The position numbers and the translations under genes were made by a program. This document shows, piece by piece, positions 29,137 to 37,735 of a DNA stretch of 64,000 bases (positions are counted from its first letter, which is position 1; each line of letters opens with the position of its first letter). The stretch is from Giardia intestinalis (Eukaryota), in the NCBI GenBank assembly GCA_000002435.2, contig CM018790.1, one strand, 5' to 3'. Below the pieces are notes generated by a model, which had not been told where the DNA came from, did no database searches, and was given only the letters and a program-made list of their open reading frames with translations.

Positions 29137-31365
29137 ATGACCTTCTCTCACAATTTATGGTTCACATCTAACATAACCCTTCAGTCGAATCAGAAACCTT
29201 ACAAGGTCAGTGAGGGCGTCTACAGGGTGGACAGTGAATACCTTCGGATGCACGAGGCGAGAGACCCTGCTTACATTGGTGAGTTACTGCAAAAAGCGGT
29301 TTATAGAGAACCCTCGGTAAAGCCACTTATCATGCATGCAACGTACCAGGTGCTTGTCTATAGCGGGTACATGGTGATGGATGGCTCTGGATATTGCTGT
29401 GACTATGTCGTCTACCAACCCAATCAAGATCATTCTCTCACATGTGTTCATGTCCTGCCATCGCCGGTGATTTCTGTGCACTCTCTAGTCCAGTATGTTC
29501 GCAGAGCTCAATCAGTTAAAAAGGTGACATGTTTAGCCTTTTGTTCGCCTAACCGTCAAGATTGTGCCCAGACAGTCGCACCTGCACCTACAGATGCAGA
29601 TACAGTATCACCCCCCTCATTCTTCATAGCTCCTCATATGCGTACTAATATACCTATCAAGTCAATTAAACGCACCGAAGCAGCCAATACTTTTGAGATC
29701 TCCGCCGACTACGGCTCCTTTTTCCTCCGCTTCCTTTTTATAGAGCACGTCTCAAAACGTGTGCACAAGGCAAAGGTCACTACAGATGCTGTCATACGAA
29801 TTGACAACGGGAAGACTATCCTACGTAGTAGTTCAAGAAACGATTCCACCTACTATCAATCCCCAGACGGTGTCGTGAGCTTTGGCTCTCAGTGTGCGAC
29901 TGTACTACCCATGCATTACATAGATCCTGTATCCATAGGAGAAGATGTAGCGTACCACAATTCGGTGCACGAATACTACAGGGTGATCCGCGAAATAAAC
30001 CGGTCTACGCACACGTTTCCCCGATGTCTGCATACTATCACCTGCGCAGAGCCCAACTCCTTTTACCGTTGGCTCGAGCAGAGAGAACTTGCCAGGCTGA
30101 CACCCAAGTCTCATTCTGACCTTCTTAGGGGAGTGATAGTGGAAGACGCTTTGGAGGCATATGATCGTGGACTAGGGTACACTCCACAACCTAACTGCCT
30201 GCCAAGCAATCTCATTGAGCAGTTTAGAGGCTATATACTTTACAAGTACCTGTGCAGTGGTAGTGTGTGGTCGTATCCATCGGGCGTGAAACTGGAGTGG
30301 GCTGCAACGCAGGACACAGGCCAGCGTGGTAGTGACTCTAATATGATGCTCACTTCTGCTGCAGCTGGAACTCTCAGAGAGATTGCCAAATCAATGGTTG
30401 TCTCTGAAGTTCTTTCGCTTGGTGTTCCACGGATGGAGATAGCAGGATACGTAAGTGCTCAAAAGACTTTACATGTGCATTGCTGTGCTCCTTCTTGTAA
30501 CCTGCTCTTTTCTACCTGTCCCGCTCATCTGTTTGACCGCCAGTCTTCTTCTCAAACTCTGTACAAGGATCTCTGCCCACTTAGTAAGCACATCCTCACA
30601 CACTTCCCGACATTCCCAACATGGCGCCCCTTTTGCTGCATTCACTGCATTGGTGCACTACTGGAAGCTTCTAGAGGGTCTATGAATCAGCCTGCTTTCC
30701 CCATAGACGAAAGTGATATGGTCAGTCACGCCAAGTCGACTCTTGGAGGCCCCATTCAGGAGGACATGGGCACAAATCAAAACATAACCGATGATCAAGA
30801 TAGAGATATCAATGGTGACGACGAAAACAGCTCTCCTTCTAGCTCTGCAGAACCCACGGAGACTCGACGCAAGCGTGGTCCGAAGTCTCTCGTCTATAGA
30901 GGTGATAGTTCGAAGAATGAAGCTCGCATGCCCATGATACCAGAAGCCGCCGTGTACTTGGAGTCTCTGGCTGATGCTCCCAGGACCAAAGGTGGCCAGC
31001 TGGTGGACGTGGACTTCATTAAATTTTATTTTTCTACGATTGCTGAATACACACTACATTTACAATTACACGGAATAATTACTCATAAGGGCCACTTTTC
31101 AAGGCTTGGTGAAGAAGAGCTCCTCACCACTTGGCGCTCGGGCATGTCACTGAGTCAGCACTACATCCCCTATCTTTGTCCTGTTTGTCACTTCAGTAAC
31201 ACTGACTACGACTCTGTCCTAGAGCATTTGCTTCTCCACCCCACGTGCAGCGCGCTCTTGGAGTCACCGGAGGCAATCCTTTCCCAACTTGCAATCAAGA
31301 ACTATAAAACTCACAAGAAAAAACTATTTATTTCGCGCCGCGCAGAGAAGAACGCCGACTCCTAA
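29137..31365 (+). CDS. Hypothetical protein, 742 aa, with a C-terminal C2H2-like zinc-finger motif
   Basis: A long ATG-initiated ORF. The C-terminal YLCPVCHFSNTDYDSVLEHLLLH fits C-x2-C-x12-H-x3-H, and HVHCCAPSCNLLFSTCPAHLF is Cys/His-rich. The rest has no recognisable domain. Confidence 0.65.
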   Translation: MTFSHNLWFTSNITLQSNQKPYKVSEGVYRVDSEYLRMHEARDPAYIGELLQKAVYREPSVKPLIMHATYQVLVYSGYMVMDGSGYCCDYVVYQPNQDHSLTCVHVLPSPVISVHSLVQYVRRAQSVKKVTCLAFCSPNRQDCAQTVAPAPTDADTVSPPSFFIAPHMRTNIPIKSIKRTEAANTFEISADYGSFFLRFLFIEHVSKRVHKAKVTTDAVIRIDNGKTILRSSSRNDSTYYQSPDGVVSFGSQCATVLPMHYIDPVSIGEDVAYHNSVHEYYRVIREINRSTHTFPRCLHTITCAEPNSFYRWLEQRELARLTPKSHSDLLRGVIVEDALEAYDRGLGYTPQPNCLPSNLIEQFRGYILYKYLCSGSVWSYPSGVKLEWAATQDTGQRGSDSNMMLTSAAAGTLREIAKSMVVSEVLSLGVPRMEIAGYVSAQKTLHVHCCAPSCNLLFSTCPAHLFDRQSSSQTLYKDLCPLSKHILTHFPTFPTWRPFCCIHCIGALLEASRGSMNQPAFPIDESDMVSHAKSTLGGPIQEDMGTNQNITDDQDRDINGDDENSSPSSSAEPTETRRKRGPKSLVYRGDSSKNEARMPMIPEAAVYLESLADAPRTKGGQLVDVDFIKFYFSTIAEYTLHLQLHGIITHKGHFSRLGEEELLTTWRSGMSLSQHYIPYLCPVCHFSNTDYDSVLEHLLLHPTCSALLESPEAILSQLAIKNYKTHKKKLFISRRAEKNADS

Positions 31366-31413
31366 TCAAAAACACCACAAAGTATACAAAAGAGAACAGC
31401 TTCTGTTTTGATC

Positions 31414-32577
31414 TTAATCTTGTTTTTTATTCTTACTGCGGCTGTTTGCACCAAACACCTTCATGATCTTTGACTCGAGCACGCTAACGGTTAGGCCCGT
31501 GAAGGTAAGCCCTATCCCTATCCAGTTCTGCGTGGTAGGCTTAGTATTTGTCATGAACATAGAGATGACAACAGTTATTAATTTTCGTACGGTACTAATG
31601 ATGCCAGTCAGTAGTGAACCATACAGCTTCAAGCTGTAGATGATTGGTATGAGTCCCAGGGTCAAGAATATGCTTGCTAAATTCTGCTTAACAATCCACG
31701 AGGTGGTATGAGAGAGCATCACTATGTCGTTTATAGAATTATAGATTCCAGTCATAATTATCCCGGCAATGAGAGTGCAGACACCGCTAGCTAGCTGGAT
31801 AATGTTGGTCTTGATGAGCATACCCGTCTCCCGCTTGCACTGCATCACGGAGATGTCCTGGTATGTGCACCCAAACCCATTGCACAGCTCAGACAAGAGC
31901 ATGAGGATGTAGCCTAGGATGGGGTGTGGTGTAGTGCCGTTGTAGCTTCGCAACTCAGCATGGCTATAAACAAGTGACCCAGATACTATCGCAATTACGG
32001 TCAGGATCCTCAATGGTGTGATGTGCTGCACATTCCCCAGCAGCAATGCAGTCATTAAGATCCCCAAGGTTTTAGAGGATTTGAAGACCATAGAGGTTGT
32101 GTAAGAGACGTATTTCAGTGCCAGAAGAGAGAATACCTTGCCTAGAGCGAGCAGAATCTCGCAGACGATCAGAGACTGCGCCCATTTTAGCTCCGAATCC
32201 GGATGCGCAAGAGCGTGGAAAAACTCGTGCACACGTAGGGTTTTGCGCGTGGTTTTGCTCGTGGTGTGTTCGACAACTCCTGAGACATTAACGCTGTTGC
32301 TATTAGATGGCGCAGGTTCACCTCTGGCACCATCCTTCGCACTGTCTTCAACTCCACCCTCGGTCTTTTTAGCCCCATAGCCGTCGTATGCTTTACTGAC
32401 CATGCGATACACCTCTGCAAAGATAATGCTCCAGACACCCTCAAAGATCAGCCCGATCCATCGGACGTCAATTTTGTGGGGAGGAGACGTATAGAGCGTC
32501 TCTGCCAAGTAAGAGTTAGCAACATGGCAGACATAGATGCTCCCGACTATCAGAAGGAAACGGACAGTCTCGTTCAT
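31414..32577 (-). CDS. Nucleotide-sugar transporter of the UAA/SLC35B family (multi-TM)
   Basis: About 10 predicted TM helices. …ALKYVSYTTSMVFKSSKTLGILMTALLLG… matches the SLC35B core [23 protein letters not shown]. It is ATG-initiated and has a hydrophilic loop after TM2. Confidence 0.78.
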   Translation of the reverse strand: MNETVRFLLIVGSIYVCHVANSYLAETLYTSPPHKIDVRWIGLIFEGVWSIIFAEVYRMVSKAYDGYGAKKTEGGVEDSAKDGARGEPAPSNSNSVNVSGVVEHTTSKTTRKTLRVHEFFHALAHPDSELKWAQSLIVCEILLALGKVFSLLALKYVSYTTSMVFKSSKTLGILMTALLLGNVQHITPLRILTVIAIVSGSLVYSHAELRSYNGTTPHPILGYILMLLSELCNGFGCTYQDISVMQCKRETGMLIKTNIIQLASGVCTLIAGIIMTGIYNSINDIVMLSHTTSWIVKQNLASIFLTLGLIPIIYSLKLYGSLLTGIISTVRKLITVVISMFMTNTKPTTQNWIGIGLTFTGLTVSVLESKIMKVFGANSRSKNKKQD

Positions 32578-32722
32578 TTCCTATCTCTCTGCCAATTTTA
32601 TAAGTCGGGCCTGTTTACTTTTAAGCTTTTACTTTTAAGCTTTTGTCAAATCAACTTTAAATGGCAAAGTTCTTTCAATTGCGGATTCAAAAGCTAAAAA
32701 ACAAAAAGATAAAAATTAAAAA

Positions 32723-34051
32723 ATGTGTTGCGGTGGGAAGAAGGACGACCTCGCCAACTGGATAAAGGCGGCGTCCACCGGCAACTTGACTGTTATAAAC
32801 AAACAACTCTCGAAGATGAAGGGGAAGCGTGATACAAGGGCAACCAACACGGATGGTAGCATCTTCAATAGCTTTACCGCCATGCACTACGCTTGCTACT
32901 TTAACCATCTGCAGGTTGTCCAGAAGCTTTTTGACTTTGAATATATGATTAAGACTGGGGACACTGTCAGGATTAAGTCCAAGTTCAGTTCTGCAGATGT
33001 AGAGATGAACCTCGGCAAAGATTCTACTCCTCTCATGATTGCCATTGCACGCGGAAGCATCCCGGTCGCGAAGTTCCTCCTTGAAAAGGCCAGTACTAGC
33101 GGCGGCGCCGTCTCCCGACAGATTCTTGGAGTTAGCAATGCATCAGGTCTTACGGCCCTTGGAATGGCCTGCTCTTCAGCAAACAAGGAGATGATCGACC
33201 TCATTCTCTTAAAGGACGCCGTGCTTCTTAAGACGGAACTCCACATGACGGCCGTCACGGGAACGAATGCAATACATCACCTGGCCTTGTTTGCGCGCAC
33301 AGAGGTCTTCGACAAGCTTACTAAATATATCTTTGACTCCGCTGAGACATCTCCGGAGAATAAGAAGCTTCGCATACAGTTCGTGGAGAAGCTCATGAGC
33401 AGGGACTCAAACCAGAACAGTGTCTTCGACATGGTCTATCAGAAAGCCATTGGCAAGAAGTTTGGGGTGACTGATGATCACAAGGATGCTATGTATAAAT
33501 CGCTTAGGACGATGGTGAGACGCGTGTATATCTGGGCGCTTCAGCTTAAGCACAACGAACTGGAGATCGCCAACGGCTTCCTGGGTGCCCCGTATGAAGA
33601 GATCTGCAAAGATGTGAGTCACGAGGTTAGTAAGGAGTTCCTTGAACGGTGCACAAAGGCCAGTACAGACCCAGAGACAGACGACACGTTGTATTTGATG
33701 CAGCAGCTGATTGATCAGTACTCTTCCAGCGTTAGCGTCAAGACTACGTCCCCTGTGCAGGAGGCCATGGAGTCTAGCCAGATATCGAGGAAGAGCGTGA
33801 GCAACAAGCCCATATCTACCACGGCCTCAGCTGTCGAATCTACGCGTGCGTCCCAGGCGCTTGAGGAGGGCTCGAAGACTGTTACGGGCCAAGCTTCCTC
33901 TGGAGATTACGAGAATATCCTCGTTGATAGTGCAGAAATTCCGTCGCACACCCCACAGGTAACTGGTACTGTTGAGACCGCTCAGCCCACCGAGACGATC
34001 GAAGATTCACTAGTCATCGATCCAACCGTGCTACCGCCGAGCCTAGCTTAG
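32723..34051 (+). CDS. Ankyrin-repeat protein (Protein 21.1-like paralog), 442 aa
   Basis: N-terminal module …FNSFTAMHYACYFNHLQVVQKLFDFEYMIKT…, ANK repeats (STPLMIAIARGSIPVAKFLLEKA; LTALGMACSSANKEMIDLIL), and a Ser/Thr-rich C-terminus. Confidence 0.8.
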   Translation: MCCGGKKDDLANWIKAASTGNLTVINKQLSKMKGKRDTRATNTDGSIFNSFTAMHYACYFNHLQVVQKLFDFEYMIKTGDTVRIKSKFSSADVEMNLGKDSTPLMIAIARGSIPVAKFLLEKASTSGGAVSRQILGVSNASGLTALGMACSSANKEMIDLILLKDAVLLKTELHMTAVTGTNAIHHLALFARTEVFDKLTKYIFDSAETSPENKKLRIQFVEKLMSRDSNQNSVFDMVYQKAIGKKFGVTDDHKDAMYKSLRTMVRRVYIWALQLKHNELEIANGFLGAPYEEICKDVSHEVSKEFLERCTKASTDPETDDTLYLMQQLIDQYSSSVSVKTTSPVQEAMESSQISRKSVSNKPISTTASAVESTRASQALEEGSKTVTGQASSGDYENILVDSAEIPSHTPQVTGTVETAQPTETIEDSLVIDPTVLPPSLA

Positions 34052-34138
34052 CTTACTAGTTCCACATTGTAAATTGATTCATATCCATCTATTCCTTTGC
34101 TTGCTGTTGGGTTGCTCTTCTGATTTTCGATTTGGAAA

Positions 34139-36982
34139 ATGTCTGCGCAGCAGGACGAGGCGTGGTTTGCGGCAATAGAGCACGGTGACATTGAGACCGT
34201 GCGTTCATATGCTGCTGCTATGTCCAAAGTCACCGACGAGCAGGGCGTCACGTCTCTGATGAAGGCTGCTACAAAAGGCAATGTTACTATCATTCAGCTT
34301 TTACTTTCTGATGGGGTCAAGCGAAGAGACAGATGGGGACGCACCGCGCTCATGTTCGCCGCCATGAGTGGCTGTGCTGTCGCAGTGGAGATTCTCATTC
34401 CACACGAAGCTACACTCACTGATAGCGACGGCATGACAGGGTTAATGTATGCAGCCTTTCACGGTAACACAGATATTGTCCGCTTGCTCCTGCCCCACGA
34501 GCGTGGATATGCGACGCGTCACGAATCAGTCTTGCAGCTAGGCACCCAGACCTATGAAATAGGCGTCTCTGTCACAGCACTAATGATTTCTGTGCTTACA
34601 AAGCACGCGGAATGTGTTGAACTTCTCGTCGATAGTGAGGCAGGAAAAGTAGATTGTAAAGGCGAAACGGCACTGTACAAGGCTGTTGCATCTAACTTCC
34701 TGCCCGCTGTCAAGGTTCTTGCAGTCTTAGAGGCTGAACATAGAACGATAAGCGGCCAGTCGCCTATCTACTTGGCTGTGAAGACAGGTTTTCTGGATGC
34801 TATAGAGTGTCTAGTAACATATGAAGACGATGATAAGCGATACGGAAACGCTAAGGAGACCGTCCTGATGGCTGCTGTTGCTCAAAGAGACGCTCGAGCT
34901 GTGTCTATACTTGCCCCAACCTTGCACTCGGAGTTTTCTAAAGAAGGGATGACTGCGCTTATTCTTGCGGCACAGGACAACTTGGTAGAAATATGTAGCA
35001 TACTTATTTCATACGAATTTGGACTGACAACTCACCACGGTAAAAAGACGGCGTTAATGTTTGCAGCAGAGCTGGGAAACGTGGAATGTGTTCGATTGCT
35101 CGCCAATAAGGAGGCTGGCATGCGCACAGATGCTGGTGAGACGGCTCTCATGCTTGCCGCTCGAAGAGGCCAGCTTGAGTGTGTGGCCGAACTTATACCT
35201 TATGAAAAGTGTGCCGTTAGCAAGAACTATCACACTGCGCTTATGCTGGCGGTTATGAATGACCACATCTCTTTAGCTTCGCTTTTAGTCGAGCACGAGC
35301 AACGGATCCAGAACGAGAAAGGACAGACGTCGCTCATGCTTGCAGTACTCCGCCGGAACGCACCGCTTGTCACTGTACTTGCACCCTATGAGGCCGGGGT
35401 CTTCGATGCACAGCATCAAACGGCCCTCATCTTGGCAACAATAGACAATGAATACGACTTGGTTGAGATCCTTGTCAACTACGAAGCATGCTTAGCAGAC
35501 TGTGACGCCAGAACGTCTCTGATGCTGGCTGCCGAGAAAAACTATATGAGTCTTATTCCTCTCCTCTGTGAGAAGGAGTTCGGAAGGCTAGATCGCTTCG
35601 GAAGAAGTGCTCTATTCATAGCAGCACAGAATGGTAATGCTCACATTGTCAAGGAGCTGGTCTGTAAAGAAAAGAAGATGATTACGACCCGCAGGTTCCG
35701 TGTCGAGCACAATACACAAATATACATTGAGTTGGGCTCCACTGCTCTCATATATGCCACTCTATATGATAAGTTAGAAATAGTCCAGCTTCTTGCAGCC
35801 CACGAGTCAGGACTGCTTGACAATACAGGTCACTGTGCGCTGCACTATGCCATCCGTAGAAAGAATGCAGATCTCACCAGAATATTGCTTCAATATGAGC
35901 ACTACATTACTGATAAAGATGGGAACACGCCGCTAATGCTTCTAATAAAAGCTGGCATGGACCAGTTCATACCAGGGTTAGTACAGAGGTTATTAGGAGA
36001 AAGCTCTCAAGACACAAGCTCTATTATTGCCCAAAATAACAATGGAGACACTGCACTCTCTATCGCCTTGATACATAAGTCCTACTTAGCCGTGTGTGCA
36101 TTGTATAGCAACCCGCAGTTATCTTTTCAATTCTACGATAATACCGGAGCTTCACTTCTTGAGCAGTGCGAGGCCGTCGGAGATGACCCCATGATGCAAG
36201 TATTTTTGACATACTTTGTTGCAAGGCTGGCGTTTTCATCTGATCTAGTGAGCACGTTTTACCACGGGCTATCATCTGCTCTGCTAAATGAATATAGTGA
36301 TGCTGAGGATTGCAACTTCATCCTGCATTTTCTTGATTGTGTTTTCAATTATATTTTTATCAACGACCCTACTTGTGTCCATCTCCACAATCCGCTGAGC
36401 TCTCCAGGCTTCGAGGAAATATCAACTATGATAAGCGAGCAGATAGACCTGCAAGAAGGGGCGTGTAATATATGTTACAGTGATCTGGCAGTAGTGCTCT
36501 GCTTCCCATGCAAGCATGTGGTAACCTGCAAATCTTGTTGGAAGCAGCTTAATAATACACGACACAAGCGAGACGCCCTGCGCTGTCCTGTGTGCCGCGA
36601 GGCTATAAGCCACAATATAGTTCTCACCCAACTGGATGACTGTATCCTATCCCAGAAGGGCAAGCATGGTACAGGCTCCTTGAGTCTCCAGAGCGCGACA
36701 GAGCTAGTCTCCAAAAGATCGTTAGCTGCACAGATAGGACCAGGTGAGGATGGCGGGAACTCTAGTGCACTAACGTACCAGTTGATACCGACCTATGCAT
36801 CTGTCTCCGGTGTTCCCTCGGGCCAGATCATATGCCGGAATGTCTTACAATACGCAGAGTCTTTTGCTGAGATAGACGAGAGTAGTGAGGTTCCAGAGTT
36901 GGCAGACATGTACGAGAATGGGGAAGGTACAGCATGGAATGAAGACATTGATAATATTGAAGTAGAAGCGTTCTACAAGTAA
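34139..36982 (+). CDS. Ankyrin-repeat + C-terminal RING (C3HC4, IAP/MIB-type) putative E3 ubiquitin ligase, 947 aa
   Basis: More than 15 tandem ANK repeats (G.T.LM.AA..G……LL). The C-terminal CNICYSDLAVVLCFPCKHVVTCKSCWKQL…RCPVCRE matches the zf-C3HC4_3 spacing of XIAP/MIB (CKIC…PCGHLVTCKQC…CPMC). Confidence 0.88.
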   Translation: MSAQQDEAWFAAIEHGDIETVRSYAAAMSKVTDEQGVTSLMKAATKGNVTIIQLLLSDGVKRRDRWGRTALMFAAMSGCAVAVEILIPHEATLTDSDGMTGLMYAAFHGNTDIVRLLLPHERGYATRHESVLQLGTQTYEIGVSVTALMISVLTKHAECVELLVDSEAGKVDCKGETALYKAVASNFLPAVKVLAVLEAEHRTISGQSPIYLAVKTGFLDAIECLVTYEDDDKRYGNAKETVLMAAVAQRDARAVSILAPTLHSEFSKEGMTALILAAQDNLVEICSILISYEFGLTTHHGKKTALMFAAELGNVECVRLLANKEAGMRTDAGETALMLAARRGQLECVAELIPYEKCAVSKNYHTALMLAVMNDHISLASLLVEHEQRIQNEKGQTSLMLAVLRRNAPLVTVLAPYEAGVFDAQHQTALILATIDNEYDLVEILVNYEACLADCDARTSLMLAAEKNYMSLIPLLCEKEFGRLDRFGRSALFIAAQNGNAHIVKELVCKEKKMITTRRFRVEHNTQIYIELGSTALIYATLYDKLEIVQLLAAHESGLLDNTGHCALHYAIRRKNADLTRILLQYEHYITDKDGNTPLMLLIKAGMDQFIPGLVQRLLGESSQDTSSIIAQNNNGDTALSIALIHKSYLAVCALYSNPQLSFQFYDNTGASLLEQCEAVGDDPMMQVFLTYFVARLAFSSDLVSTFYHGLSSALLNEYSDAEDCNFILHFLDCVFNYIFINDPTCVHLHNPLSSPGFEEISTMISEQIDLQEGACNICYSDLAVVLCFPCKHVVTCKSCWKQLNNTRHKRDALRCPVCREAISHNIVLTQLDDCILSQKGKHGTGSLSLQSATELVSKRSLAAQIGPGEDGGNSSALTYQLIPTYASVSGVPSGQIICRNVLQYAESFAEIDESSEVPELADMYENGEGTAWNEDIDNIEVEAFYK

Positions 36983-37100
36983 TACTAGATTTATACGCCT
37001 TATATGGGTCGCCCGCATATTTTTTTATTCTGCATTTTTCAATTGTTATTTTTTAATTTCAAAAAATTGATTTGATTGAAATTGTTATAACCAAGGATTG

Positions 37101-37703
37101 ATGCACTTGAGTTTCCGGGGTTTTCTTTACTTAACAGTCACACTTATTATTGCGCTTCAGATATACTTTCGATTGCTGGCTACAGACAAAGTTTTGGTCG
37201 TCCTTGGAAGTGGAGGCCACACAGCAGAAATGACTTACGTTCTCAACATGCCGGGCGTACTTGAACGTTTACAGCCTGCCCACTACCTTATTGCCAGGGG
37301 TGACGGTCATTCTAGAGCCGCTGCACTTCGACTTCCTGCCTCATCCCAGGCCAACATCCATTGTGTGACAAGGGCGCGCCGAGTACACCAGCCCTATCAC
37401 ACAGCTATTTTCACCACTCTTCTCGCCTCGTTAGAGACTGCGTGGCTACTCATTTGTCTCCGCCCACGACTTGTGCTTGCAAATGGTCCTGGGACCGCTT
37501 TCCCACCTCTTTGCCTGGCCTACCTATTTCGATCTCTGTTTGGGCTATCCGTTACTACTGTGTATATTGAATCATTCACTCGTGTCAGGCGTCTCTCTGC
37601 TACAGCGCGGTTATCTTCATGGGCGATAGACGCTCTAATCGTCAATTGGGAGCAGCTTGCAACGCAGAAGAATATGCTCCACATTCCTCTATATCATTTG
37701 TAG
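37101..37703 (+). CDS. ALG14: ALG14, the membrane-anchor subunit of UDP-GlcNAc transferase for N-glycan synthesis
   Basis: N-terminal TM anchor, then VLVVLGSGGHTAEM (the ALG14 hallmark GSGGHT.EM), ANGPGT, and ESFTRVRRLSATARL. The real ATG is at 37101; the listed 37098 is a TTG. Confidence 0.85.
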   Translation: MHLSFRGFLYLTVTLIIALQIYFRLLATDKVLVVLGSGGHTAEMTYVLNMPGVLERLQPAHYLIARGDGHSRAAALRLPASSQANIHCVTRARRVHQPYHTAIFTTLLASLETAWLLICLRPRLVLANGPGTAFPPLCLAYLFRSLFGLSVTTVYIESFTRVRRLSATARLSSWAIDALIVNWEQLATQKNMLHIPLYHL

Positions 37704-37735
37704 CTTGATGCTTCGGTTTATCAGTAGAGGTATTA

